Shown piece after piece: positions 23,677-36,793 of a stretch of DNA of 64,000 bases (within the stretch, counting starts at the first letter, position 1; every line of letters starts with the position of its first letter). The translations under genes and the position numbers were made by a program. Source of the DNA: Spizellomyces punctatus DAOM BR117 (Eukaryota); NCBI GenBank assembly GCA_000182565.2, contig KQ257452.1. One strand, 5' to 3'. Under the pieces are notes generated by a model. The model was not told the origin of the DNA and searched no databases. It worked only from the letters and a program-made list of their open reading frames with translations.

Positions 23677-24777
23677 ATGCACACAGATGCCCATCACCGT
23701 CCGTCCGGAGCAGCCAGCATACTGGCGTCTGCATTTGCAGGCTTCGCAGAACTTGTAGTGTTCCATCCCATTGATACCATAAGTAAGCGCTTGATGAATA
23801 ACCGAGATGTCGTGACACCGGAGGGTGACAAGTTGCGGACTGTGATCTATGGCGAGGCCGCAAAACGAGGTGCTCTTGCGCAGTACAAGTCCTTATTTCC
23901 GGGTTTTCAATATGCGGTTACTTATAAGGTCTTGCAGAGGAGCTATCAGTTTGGAGGCCAACCGTTTGTAGTCAACTGGTTGGAAAGGAGATGGGGAAGT
24001 TGGTTCAAAGCCAAATTTCGCAAGAGAGCCCAAACGGCGGTTCAAGGTGAGCAGGTAGAAAGGAGTGTCGTGGTCGCGTAGACTTGTCATTACGTCTTTG
24101 GATTAGTCTTTTTGCGCCGCTTGCACATCAGCTATAGGCTTATAGATTATTATTTCCAGCCACCGCGGGCCTCGTTATTGGCATGGGCGAGGTGGTTCTG
24201 TTGCCACTCGACGCACTGAAGGTTAAAGGTCAGACCAATCCATCTCTTCTTCACGGTACGTCCCCCTGGGCCCTTCTCGTGCGACCATCTTCTCTCCGCA
24301 AATTGTATAGTGGGGCAGGGTGGACCGCTGCACGCAATATGGTTGGCTGCTTCGCGCTCTTCGGTGCCTCCGCTGCTGCAAAAGACATCATATATGATTT
24401 GAATGAAGGGAAAGAGAAGGCAACACTCATGCAAACGCTGGTGGCGTCGTTTTGCGGAGCCATAGCAAGTATAGCTCTCGCATCACCATTTGACGTGATC
24501 AAGGTATAAGTCGTTTACCTCCTATTGAAAAAATATGAAACCGACAATCTATTAGGTTAGGGTTCAAGCAGCGCCGGCAGAGGCTCGCGTATCCGGATTT
24601 GCGATTGCAAGAAATATCATTCGCTTAGAAGGGATGCGAGCATTCGGAAAGGGCCTGGTGCCGAAGCTACTAGCCGCTGGGCCGAAAATCACTTTTTCGT
24701 TCACAATTGCACAGCAACTCTCGTCGTTCTTTTCAGCGCATATAAACAGCCAACCACCGGCGCTACGCGCACTTTGA
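23677..24777 (+). CDS. GGC1: Mitochondrial GTP/GDP carrier; 3 exons
   Basis: AGFAELVVFHPIDTISKRLM, YKSLFPG...YKVLQRSYQFGGQP, GEVVLLPLDALKVKGQTNP, GWTAARN. Confidence 0.93.
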
Positions 24778-24827
24778 TGAGTTTACGATGATCTCATAGA
24801 GGAATAGACTGGCTTCTATTCGTAAGT

Positions 24828-26696
24828 CTATATATTTGATAATATGTTCCAGTCAACATTTCTATTCTCTACAAAATGCTTCCAATGGTCCATCCAATCC
24901 TTGGAATCAAGGGGCAAACTTGCCCAGCGGACTCCATGACAGCCGACCGAGGTTTCGAAGCAACGGAAGCTCTCTGCACGCAATTCAGATTTGACCTTCT
25001 CAATGAGATCAACTCCGGTGTCTAAATGATCAGCGTCAGAACGCCAATGTTGCTTTGTCAACCATCCAAACTATGTGAAAACATATGGTACTTGCCATCC
25101 CTCAGAAGTGTTAACGCACAGCCACCCCCTCCAGCCCCAGTTAATTTAGAGCGTAGCCCATATCTGGCAGTTAATTGGCGAATTCTCTCCAAACTAGGAT
25201 GGCTTACTCCGCATGCCGCCAGAATGCAGTGGTTCATATCGACGAGTTCCTAGAAGAGACACGATTTAATCAACAGTTGTCGTAGCACATTCTCAACAAA
25301 GTCGCACCTCCATTCCGGTGAGCACGTCCGAAAGCGTTATATCAGACTGCTCTGCCCATCGCAAATGCCACATAAGGAAATTGACAGCCGCATTGCACGT
25401 ATAGAAAGAAACTGAGCACACACCTAGAGCGCCAAAGAGATCCTTGCATGTATTACTGATTCCCTGCATTGAATCCATGAGAGGATCTAATATTGGACCA
25501 AACTATACGTGCACGTCAGTTAGAGTTGCCATAAATGAAATTGATGACAGTCGTGCACGCACCTGGACTCTCCGGATTCGTACATTCTCCACTTGCGCTT
25601 TGGTGTTTTTCGGAACGCACGTGTCCGTTAAGATGAACTGGATAGACTTAAAGCTAAGGGAGAAACAGAATGTATTCAACGAATTGATGCAACACAGTAG
25701 CAGAGATTCTGCGGGCAATACCCACCCGTTGAGTGGCTCCATTTTCCCGTTCGTATAAAGCATGGCACCACCTGCCGCAGTAAGATTAGATGGAGATAGA
25801 GATGACGGTAGTCCACGTATTCTGCACTTGTCGGTTTTTCATTACCGTAGGTGGAAACCGCATTATCCACGCCAGAGGGGTTGCCGTGAATGACCTTCTC
25901 GGAGACAAAGGCCCAGTCATTGACCAATTTCAATTCAGTAGCATCGTATGCTGTATTTGACATCTTTGGCATTTTTACATATCCGTTTAGCGCCAGCAGA
26001 CCCGCGGCAATGCATACGCTGTAGGACGCCGAGGAGCCAAGCCCGGCACCGACGGGTAGCGCAGAGCGGACGCAGACTTCGATACCCTGCGGCCTATAAA
26101 ATAGGATACTTCAGCGTCAATAGGCTTATGAAGCCATGCAATATTGATGACAGGTCTACTCACTCCTTGAAAAGGGATGTATATAGATGCAAGAACGCTA
26201 GGGAGGCTTGGCGAGCCCCCGGTACCATGGCAATACTCTTCAGTAGAGGTTGAGCAGCCGCTTCCTTGTTATCAGTGAGCGATGTAGGTTCACAGGACGA
26301 TACGACTATGATAAGGTGTCAGCTGCACCTTCGCCTGCAAGCGAGGCGTATTCAGAATTTGTCGGTCGTCATACCCAGTTCCCAGCATACCATTGTGCGA
26401 CGTAACAAAGTCAGACAAAGCAGTCAAATCCCACTGGATTGCAGAGGAACAGATATCTGGAAGTCGTAGGGTGACAGTCTGGTCCCCAGTTGGGCGCATC
26501 CACGCATACGTCCTCAGCCCCAAGCTTGCAGCTACCGCAGACTGATGTTCTGATGAGCATGCGCCGCCCTTTGTCTACCAAAGGAAGCCCAATGTCAAAC
26601 CTTTCCATAGACCACGGCATGCTCTCCAAAGAGGATAACTTTGCCCGGTGCCGATATGAGTATCGAGTCAACGTCAGGAAGAGCGACCTCCTGCAT
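24828..26696 (-). CDS. ERG12: Mevalonate kinase; multi-exon
   Basis: [59 protein letters not shown]. Confidence 0.95.
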
Positions 26697-26848
26697 CTTG
26701 GCCCTTTGGGTCAGCCGGAGATGACCTTTGCCATCATGACGGATGGCTCAAAGTCATTTGTTGCTGTGCCATGCAACTATGGCAACTAGCCAAGCAAAGG
26801 AGCCGGCTAGCATCGACGACGTGGTTTCGACCAGCATAGATCGCAGAT

Positions 26849-28258
26849 ATGAGCATCCCACAGTCGTGCGGCCGCCTTTTGCGGAACGTAGAGCGCACTT
26901 TTTTGACTTTTCCTTCGGCCTCTACCGCTCACTCAGCTGTATGCGCAAGTCGCGCATCTAGAATCTTACCCTTCCCCCCCGGACCCACACTGGTCAGCAC
27001 CGTCCGCCATTATGACCGGAAACGATACTTGAGAGAAAAGAAGCGACTGAAAGCACAGCAGAATCAAGAAGATGTTTCTTTTGAGGAAGCTTTTTCAGTA
27101 TTTCGTGTATGTGGGTGCTTTTGAATTTCGGCCAATGACAAACTGACAGGTCCCATGTTGTGCAGACCTATTGCCTTGGCGAGGATAGAGTTGTTTCTGC
27201 GCATATACAGGTCCATAGACAGGAAGGAACAAGGACCGTGCGAGGGGAGGTGAATTTGCCTACACAAGTGTCTGCGGATGACAAGTCTGTCATTTTGGTG
27301 TTTGCAAAAGTTTGTACACGTTTTTGCCACGTATGCTCTCTTGGCAACCTTTTTGCTCATGCTGATATAGGGGGAGCAAGCGGAGGAAGCCAAAAAGTTA
27401 GGGGCGCATATAGTTGGTGCGGAAGAGCTCATTGAGGAGGTGGGACCTGAACCGGACGCCTTTCCTCCAAGTGCTGTTGTTGACCATGTCAGTCTGTTCC
27501 CGGTTGTCATAGATCCTAGCGGACAAAGTTGCGTTTGATAAGGTCCTCTCTACCAAAGCCATGTTTCCTGAAGTCGTTAAGATTGCGAGGGTATTGGGTC
27601 CTAAGGGCCTGATGCCAAGTCCGGCAAAGGGTATTCTCGTTGATGGTAACTGCAAGCATTCCGTAGCACTGTGCTCATAGCCAGTTGCCCCTCTCAGGGA
27701 CTGTATCGGATGACATTCCGAAAATGATGAGTGCTTTGCGCGCCTCGTCGAAATTTGAGGTGGATGCTGACGGATTTGTTCATTTGGGTACGGTGAACGT
27801 AAATGTGCTTTCACGAGAGATACGTGGCAACCATGATTTATGAGTTCTTTTCTCCTTAATGTTCTCCCCAGAAATTGGCAAGGTATATCGGCATTGAACG
27901 CGTTTTGGCTGCATAAGATGAAAACTGATCGTGTATTCTCCCCTGAAGACGGCATGGCGAGATGAAGACGTTTTTGGTAGGCCCATCTTACTAGAATGGT
28001 ACAATTGGAACCAGATGGCTTACCTATTTGGCAGAAAATATTCGAGCATTGCTTACCGCGATTCTCAGCGTACGACCACCGAAAACCGATGGTAAGCACT
28101 ACTGAGCACGCCATCGCTATCGCTAGACGCACTATCTGACAATAGATGGCCGTGTAGCGAACAAGTTCATTGAAAGTGTCAACATCTCTGCCAAATACAC
28201 ACCGGGACTGAAATTACCACTGAAGCCTTTCAAAGCCATGAAACCTGTCTCTGCGTAA
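26849..28258 (+). CDS. MRPL1: Mitochondrial ribosomal protein uL1m; multi-exon with an 11-nt micro-exon
   Basis: Arg/Ser-rich presequence, VRGEVNLP, ILVFAK, GAHIVGAEELIEE, IARVLGPKGLMPSPAKGTV. Confidence 0.9.
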
Positions 28259-28542
28259 GACCGGCATCCGTAGCCAATTCGATGGATCGCAACTTCTACA
28301 TTGTATGCAGCGGATATCTCGCATCCACTACTGGTCCTTTAACTCATCAGCTGAAGGGCTGGAGGGGGATACAGTCCCCCATCACTGTAATTTAGCGCAC
28401 ACCGTATGATTGTCCCTGGTTATACGCTACATCGTACAGCCTACTTGATCATTAAAATATCATGGAAAAATTACGATTCCACGTGAGGGCTGCCATTCTA
28501 TTCTATAATAACAATTGATACGTATTAATATAAATACGAATG

Positions 28543-30058
28543 TCAATGTCGTCCGGGTATTACAACTAAGAGCGGCTCCGCGACGTCCGCCAACTCGGTG
28601 GCCTTAATGTTGGCACTTGACGACACTATACCAGCTTTCACGCCCTCAACCAAACCTTCCTTCACTACTGACGCCTTTCCCATCCACTTTCCAACGACGG
28701 CCCCTGGCCACCATCTTTCTAAAAAACGCCGACAATACCTAACGCGACTGCCTTGACATGCAGGTGCAACGGTACCATCCGTGTTCAACCAGAATAGCTT
28801 TCCCCTCCATTCGACTGTACTTCCTGCCATAGCAGAGATCCATAATGGTAACGCAGCAAGCTCCCGTATACACCACGCTCTTAAAAACTTCTTGGCTTCT
28901 CTTCGGGTCGCAGTATCAAGTGTCGTTGCAATGATCCAGTCGCTACTTATCCATATCGTAAAATGCGCCAGTAAGAACAGTGAAGCAGACACATGCAACA
29001 TCCGATGGAATGCCCATGCCGCCAGGAATCCATTTAGAATCGATTCTGTAAAAGGCTCCAGAAGCGTCGCCGTCAAAACGGTGTATTTTCGAATTCGGAT
29101 CCAGCGTGCTCTCCGTTTAAAATAATCCGGCACTGATAGACCTCCCAACGTTTGATAAGCGACATCCGTAGTCATCCGATGTCGTAGTCCCAGCTTCCAT
29201 ATCGCTTCTCCAATGATATTGTCTTCGGACATGTATTTACCGTAATTCTCCAGGCCTCCCAATTGTGCCAAAACTGACTTTCTGAACATATTCGATTTTC
29301 CAATGACGCAACTCGCAAGGGCCACTTTGTTTATTGTAATGTACATCTTAGCGTGGGCGGTATTGAGGAAGGCTTGCTCCAAGTAAGAGCCGTAGGTTTG
29401 AGGACTAACGCCACAGGGTAAGTGATGAACTAACCCGATTCCAGGGTGCATGAGCTCCGATACCGAACGACCCATGCAACCCGGGTTTATGTGCACGTTG
29501 CTGTCGAGAATCCAGATGATATCATATTTTGCATTTTGATATCCCCGCAGCATGTTATTGACTTTTGGATTAACGCCAACATCCACATCACCTGATCAGA
29601 AAACAGTTAGGTTAAAATCACTTGGATCAAAATATATTGTTGTACCTATTATCAGCTTTGCATCCACTTCTGGATATTGTCTCATCAACTCCTTAACAAT
29701 TTCAATCGCTGGATCGTTTTGGTCAGCAACGGAGAAGATGAGTTCATAAAGTGGATAATCTTGGCGAAACGAGGACGAGAGATTGTCCAGGAGGTTGCAA
29801 TCCACTCCTTTCAAAGGCCGAAGAATAGTGACACCAGGGGTAGTGGATGGCGTGAGAGGTGATGAAGCTGGCGATCTCGAATGTCGTACTCGACTAGATA
29901 GGTGCTATTAGTAAAGATGGACATGAATGGCATATTTCGGTCTGACGAGGTACGTACATCAAGTATGTGCCCACCCCACAAAAAACCATCATCAAGCACC
30001 AAAGTGCAATGAAAGCCAGCGCCGCGACATTGCTCACGCCCTCGGAGAGTGTGCTCAT
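28543..30058 (-). CDS. UGCG: Ceramide glucosyltransferase (GT21); 3 exons
   Basis: N-terminal TM, PGVTILRPLKGVD, VGVNPKVNN, WILDSN, GKSNMFRK, SEDN, RRARWIRIRKY, EPFTES. Confidence 0.95.
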
Positions 30059-30446
30059 GTATACAAGGCGCGGTTATTGAAATAAGATTGTATGAAGACA
30101 AGGAGTTTCGCGTGTTAAATGGGGGTTCGCGGGCCGATCTGCGTTATGGGGAACCTTTGGTGCCTTTCCCACCACCTCTCGTGGCCGGTTGTGACAGAGC
30201 TCGGAAGCTGATGTAATCATGGCGTGACTAACGGTCGAAACTTTGCGTATTTTTAACTTTTAAAAGTGCTTACAAGTATATTTACAAAAACGAAAATATC
30301 TAACCATCAAGTTCCCCAACGGTAGGATACCTCCCTTACTAGGTTATCCACTCCACAACCACGGACTACGTCTACATGGATTGTATATACTAACGTTTAC
30401 CGCGGTTATCGCACTATTATGTACAAAAAAACCATATGCCATTATG

Positions 30447-33400
30447 TTAATACGATCCCTGTCGGGTCTGAGCAGGTGAAGGAACGGTAGGTAATTGGGG
30501 TCCATTGTACGGAGTGGGATCCACCCATGTGGTCCCCCCCGCAGGCATCTGTTGTTGCAGTTGTGGCGGCTGTCTCGAGCGACCTGACGATCGGGATCGG
30601 GACGATCGGGTGATGGGTGATTTTATCTTCCGATTCGGGCAGCACAGACATCTCAATATCGAAAATAGGATGAATAGGACTAGAAGACCTCCAAATACAA
30701 GGAGAGGTATGGCGATCTGCGGATGGGCACTGATCCAGTCAACTGCACGTTGCACTGCGGCACCCAAATTTCCTTGTGAGCATGATGACCGCTGTTTCTG
30801 TGGTCCTCATTAACAAACATACCAAAATTTCCAGCTTCACAGTTGCCTTGTTTGCAGACGCCTCCTCCGGAAAAACCACAAGGTGTTCCATCAATGAAGT
30901 AACTATTGAGTTGAAGACATAATCCTTGTCGTGTTTGACAGAACATTTGGCACTCGGAGCCACGCCCTGGACAGACGGATGTGGTTCCCAACGAAGACGC
31001 TTGGTTTTGACATTGCAAGTCCCTGTTAGGCAAGGGCATTTTCAGATCTTGAGATATGTAATAACGCCTAGGCCAAGTGAAGTCATACCTGCTCGTACAC
31101 TGCCCTGATGCACAGGTAGCAGACACGCCCGATACGGTACAAGGGCTTCCGTTCGGTGCAAAGACATCACTGGGGCACGTTGGGCTTACACCATTGCAAA
31201 CCTCAGCGAAGTCACAGACGCCGGTTGATGGTCGGCACGCAGTGCCATTAGTCTTCAATTGACATTGAGAGCAGCATTCATCGTTCTTATCCGAACAACG
31301 CATCCCGGGCTTCAACTTGCAACCAGTTCCGCAACAAGGGTCCCGCGCACAGTCATCTGGAGAACCGCAGTCACACTCTTCGCTGCCTATAATGCATGAT
31401 TCGCGTTACGGAAGTCGGAAAGAATGTGCGATGAATACCACAATTACCTTCTCTTATCCCGTTTCCACATATACCACTAGTAATTGTCTGTAAAGCTCCG
31501 GGTTCTGTAATATCGCATGAATACCGGGAGGGATGCACAATCACCAGAAAATCATGCTCCAACCTTTCAAGCAAGTTCCCAATTTCGGAAAAGCGCCGCA
31601 TATTTGACCAACGCTGCATGGAGAAAATTTGTCTGTAGTCGCACTGTCTGTAGGATGCATAATGAATTGTCCATTGCAATTGCAGCTCGGTGTACATGGA
31701 CAGCAACCGCAGACTTCCGGATCTGTGCATGGACATTGTCCAGCGGCTACATAGGTGATCGAACGTCTAAATGAGTTGCCTTGCGGTGAGATGGTATTTA
31801 GCGGATAACAACATACATGAACAGTCGTGACTCGCTCCGAAGTTGTGGCCAATCTCGTGAGCCACCACTTTCCATTCCAAATTGACTGCAGCTGATACCC
31901 CGGTCCCGGATACAAACTGCGTGCCGGTGTTTGACTGCTGAGTAAAGGATTTTTGCGAGCAGAGCATTGCTAGAAAAAATGGTCGTTAAGAGAATGCTCG
32001 TCAACGGCATTCAAAGTGCCCACTTGCGTACCTAGCCACGCAACTCCTACCGATGGCTCTAAAATAGACACATGAATTCGTTTCTTGGAGCAGCTAGTGG
32101 ATACGATAATGGCTTACCGGTAGGGCAATTTGTCATCAGATGCCATAGTCCAGCCTGGTCTGGATCTTTTTTTCCCCTCCATTCGGAAAAATCGCTCAAT
32201 CTTTGATTGATTGAGTATAAATCGCTACACTCTGTTCAACTATAGTCAACCATGTGCCCTGACTGATTGAAAGAAATGATACAAACCCCGATTCCATTTC
32301 AGCAGATCGTCGTTTGGAGTACAGGTTTCTTGGAGCATCACTTGTATCAAGCCCAGGGAGATGTTAAAGGTGTTCTCATAGAGGCTATTACGGAAGGTAA
32401 AAGCTCAGGGTTCCTTCTCTCAGCGACGTATCAAGTTAATGTGAGACGGTACCTTGATGCCGTGTTCCAGTTCAGCAGTATCTGCGTTAATGCTTTTTCC
32501 TTCCCGCCATGCAATTTCACGTAGGTGCAATCACCCGCGGCCGCCATAAACAGCACTCTCCGAGAGGAAGGGCATCCAGAAGGCGCTCGCTTCACCAATC
32601 CAGCAGCTCTTCTCTCCAGCGAATCGCTATATGCTCGCCGCGCTACTGCATTTGCGGATGGATCGAATGCACATGTGCTAGCCGCTTGAACATCCCGTTT
32701 GCTCAACCATGACGACGCATCGAGGGGATTGAGCCCCCACTGGTCAGGTACAAATTGTAGCGATCGCGTCTCATCATGGTCTTTGAATAAAATCAGACGT
32801 GAAGCTTGATGTCGCAGTGACCGCGAATCGGGGGGTAGAATGTTCACATCAACCTATCCAGAGCGCTACTATCAGACCACTACAGCAGTTACGTTGCGCC
32901 TTTGTGTACATACAGATCGTCTCGTTTTCTTGTATACTTCTATCTCTTTGATATGATACATTTCCCCCCTAGAAACCGGGTCAGTTGAAGTCAGTAAAAT
33001 GTACTGGAATAAATCTCCCTACCATATGGAGAAGCTGCCTTCAAAGACATTTTGCGAGCTGAGCCAGAAAAGTACACCAAAAGACACGACAGAGTCCAGT
33101 GAGAAGCGCCGTCAGAATACGTCAGTGCAGACACATGCAAAAACTTACGTGTCTTTATGAAACATAATTCTTGCCCATCCAACGGACCTTTTCATACCAT
33201 TGACATCAACTCCAAGGACATCCCCCTTATAAGCATTGGCGGCCAGTGCGTGTATGTCTGGACTACTTTGTATTGCACCCTCATTCCTTTGCTCGCCTTG
33301 GACTTGCAAGACGGCTGAGGGATGGAGAAGTGCGTCGTTTGGTATCAAGTCCAATTCAAACGTCTGGTTAATCGCCTGCAGATGCGAACCAGTCATGATC

Positions 33401-33715
33401 TCTATGAGGAGTGAATTTAACGAAAAGCGCGAGGCTTACTCTAAATGAAAGGCTGACACTTCCCACAGAGTGTCGTATTATTGTAATGTTATCAACAAAG
33501 TCATAGAAGCGTATAGGGCGCAAAGGCGGAAGTCGGTGNNNNNNNNNNNNNNNNNNNNNNNNNNNNNNNNNNNNNNNNNNNNNNNNNNNNNNNNNNNNNN
33601 NNNNNNNNNNNNNNNNNNNNNNNNNNNNNNNNNNNNNNCCGAATACTACTGTCAGACGAATAAGGAGGGTGATGACAAGCAGTCCCACTTGGCGTGGGAC
33701 ATTCATCCTTGTCAT
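30447..33715 (-). CDS. ADAM-family (M12B) zinc metalloprotease with disintegrin/Cys-rich region and C-terminal TM; multi-exon, spans the N gap
   Basis: Signal peptide, prodomain, [22 protein letters not shown], Met-turn FIMHP, CGNGIRE, disintegrin CSDKNDECC...[36 protein letters not shown]. Confidence 0.92.
33539..33638. other. Assembly gap (100 N)
   Basis: Run of N. Confidence 1.
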
Positions 33716-34035
33716 CGGCAGGCGATTTGCGGAATAAGTTGACCGCGTTGGTTCTGCCAAAAACGCTGCTTGCTTGCCCGAAATATTTGGGGAAACCGCA
33801 ACTTTTGAGAAATGTCGCAGCTGAGGCAGTGCTGCGAACCAATATCTGAAACGGAGGGCGATGACCCCATCATGGCCGGCGGCAAATTGTTTCCGATTGG
33901 ATCCAACCGCTGAACACTTTATGCATTGGAATCACGCAATTCAAACCTTGGAATCTGCTTCCCAATCGTCAACCTACGTTTTTGGGTGCTGGATTTTGGG
34001 GGGTGGACACGCACTGACTGAAAGAGTTTCACACC

Positions 34036-36637
34036 ATGGCCGGTCGCTATCAGCATAGCAAGACCACTATTGGCGTGGACCTTTTCCAAAAAGTTTCCGA
34101 AGCACGCGTGCTGATGGTCGGTGCGGGCGGGATTGGATGTGAACTTTTGAAGAACCTTGTCATGTCCGGCTTTAGCTACGTGGAAGTGGTATGTTCTGGC
34201 CAGTGTGATTTTGGAAGCAAGCAACAATATGGAAAATAGAATGCTGAGAACCCTCACCGTTCTCAAAGGTAGATCTAGATACAATTGACATGTCCAACTT
34301 GAACAGGCAGTTCTTGTTTCAGCGACATCATATCGGCAAAGCAAAGGCCTCCGTAAGTGTGCATGTCATTATTCTTTTCAATGTATCGAAGTCATTTTCC
34401 ATTCTACGAAACATCAGCTGAAGTGTCTCAATAACTTCAGGTCGCGCGAGAATCCGCCCTTCACTTCAACCCAGATGCGAAGATTGTGGCACACCATGCC
34501 AGTATCTACGAACCGCAGTTTGACATCTCTTGGTTCAAGTCATTTGATATAGTCTTAAATGCTCTCGATAATTTAGGTATCCTTGAATCAACCTCTATAC
34601 TGTAGTATAACCTCAGGAAACTAACTTTAATGGAATCTCAGCCGCACGTCGTCATGTGAACGGAATGTGCTTGGCAGCAGGTGTGCCTTTGATCGAATCT
34701 GGAACAGAAGGGTTCAGGGGTCAAGTAACACTCCACATGAAGGTAGGACTTTGTATGGAAATATACCTGCTTTTAGGATGCCAACCTTAGTTTTGATCTT
34801 AGCGTTTGACGCGCTGTTATGACTGCGATGCGAAACCGACGAAGAAGACCTATCCAGTATGTACCATTCGAAGCACGCCAAGTGCACCTATACACTGTAT
34901 TGTATGGGCGAAAAGCTACCTCTTCAAGTAAGCATGTTCGTAGTTAACGGTTAGTCGGGCGCTATTGTCTCAGGCTCGAATGGAGTCAGCTGTTTGGTAA
35001 CACAGAAGAGGAAGAGCCAACCATAAACCTCGAAGAGACATCTCAGAACGGTATATCTTCATATATGTGTACGCTTTTACATCCAAATTTCACACCTGTC
35101 TGCGTTCTAGCCGAGGAAATGGCCCATCTCCGCCATGAAAATGAGGCATTGAAACGTTTGAGGGATGCCATTGGGTCAGATGCATACGGAAAGCTGGTGT
35201 TTGAGAAGGTATCGCGCCCTTGGAGACATAAACGGACCTCCAAGAACTCAACGCCAACTCCCTTTAGGTATTCACAGATGATATCAAGGGTTTACTTCTA
35301 ATGGAGGAGCTGTGGAAGAACCGTCGACCGCCCACTCCACTAAATTTTGAAGAAATAGCGGGTAACCGAAAGAGCACAAAACCAATGAGAGACAGTGTGG
35401 AGTGGAATCAATGGGACCACAAAGTTTGGACTTTGGAAGAGAATGCCGAAGTATTTCTCGAGAGGTTTGTAGTTTCTTATTCTGCCTGTCATTATTCCTA
35501 GATTTTTGGTTGATTACATACCGCAGCGTGCCTGAGCTTGCCAAACGGCTCCTGGAACAGCGGAGGACCGATCCAAACTACAGTTTGAGTTTCGACAAGG
35601 ACGATGACGATGCCCTGAACTTCGTCACCGCGACCGCCAACTTGCGGGCATACATATATGGATTGGAGCAGAAAAGCAGATTTGCGGTGAAAGGTGGTAT
35701 TCGTATTCTATTTGGCAACTTTAATGACTCGTTCTAGGAAACGTTCCAACTCTAACGTTTCCCTAAAAGAAATGGCAGGAAACATCATTCCAGCCGTTGC
35801 AACAACAAATGCAATCATTGCCGGACTCATTGTTCTTACGGCGATGAAAGTGCTTGGAGGAAATTGGTCTGACTGCAAAAACGTACGAACCATAGATCCA
35901 TTCCTCTCCTGTATTCGCATATTGAATTCCTTGTACCAGACATGGGTTGCCAGCACTATCAACCCTGAACGACTGGATAAACCCAACTCAAACTGTGCTG
36001 TATGCACAACAGGCTCCTTTATCCTGACAATCAACACGCGCACGGCGACATTACGGGACTTAGTGGAGCGCGTCATTCAGCAACATCCCGAGGGCGAGGA
36101 CGAAAGTCAAGGATTGGGTATATCCGGAGAAATAACAGTTCAGGAAGGGGATAGGTCGGTATCTACGTGATGCCACAAAATACTTGCTGATCTCTCATCA
36201 TTGATTGTGAGATAGGTTGCTATATGATCCGGATTTCGAAGACAATATGGATGTGACATTGAAAGATTTGGGAATTTTGCATGCATCCCGAGTGATGATA
36301 ACAAACGATGACGATGACGAAGAGACCAAAAACGTCACTGTGGTCTTACATATTGTCCATAGGTGCGATCACAGAGTGGGATTCTGGTACTGCCTGACTA
36401 CTGAAAGGTTCTTTATTTTACAGTGACAGTCTTGGTGAATCGGAAACTCTCTTTATACTTGATGGGGATAGAGATATTCCTCCTCGTCCTCGGAAGCCTG
36501 AGCCTGAAACTAACGAGACCAAACGCTCTGCAAACGACCTGACGGAGATAAACGGCGAATCCAGCTTGACCAAAAGAAGGAAAATGGACCCAGAAGTTAC
36601 GGCGGTTGATGACGATGTGGTCGTTGTTGGCGATTGA
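34036..36637 (+). CDS. UBA2: SUMO-activating enzyme E1 subunit 2; multi-exon
   Basis: [77 protein letters not shown]. Confidence 0.96.
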
Positions 36638-36793
36638 AGTTAACTAAGGTAATGAAGGAGGGTGACCTCGAAGCTGTGATTATATAGACAGCAATGTAGG
36701 GGGCAATATAGGCAAGTTGCTTATCAGCTTAGTGGGATGTCCACTCCGCGTGGTATAATATAATTGTATATATACGAAGTTTCACAATGTATC

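Noticed and set aside
24828-30058. Lipid gene cluster (ERG12, glucosylceramide synthase, nearby OSH6)
   Set aside because: Separate pathways, interrupted by MRPL1; no shared cluster signature.
33368-33842. ORFs spanning the N run
   Set aside because: Artefacts of the 100-N gap of unknown true length.
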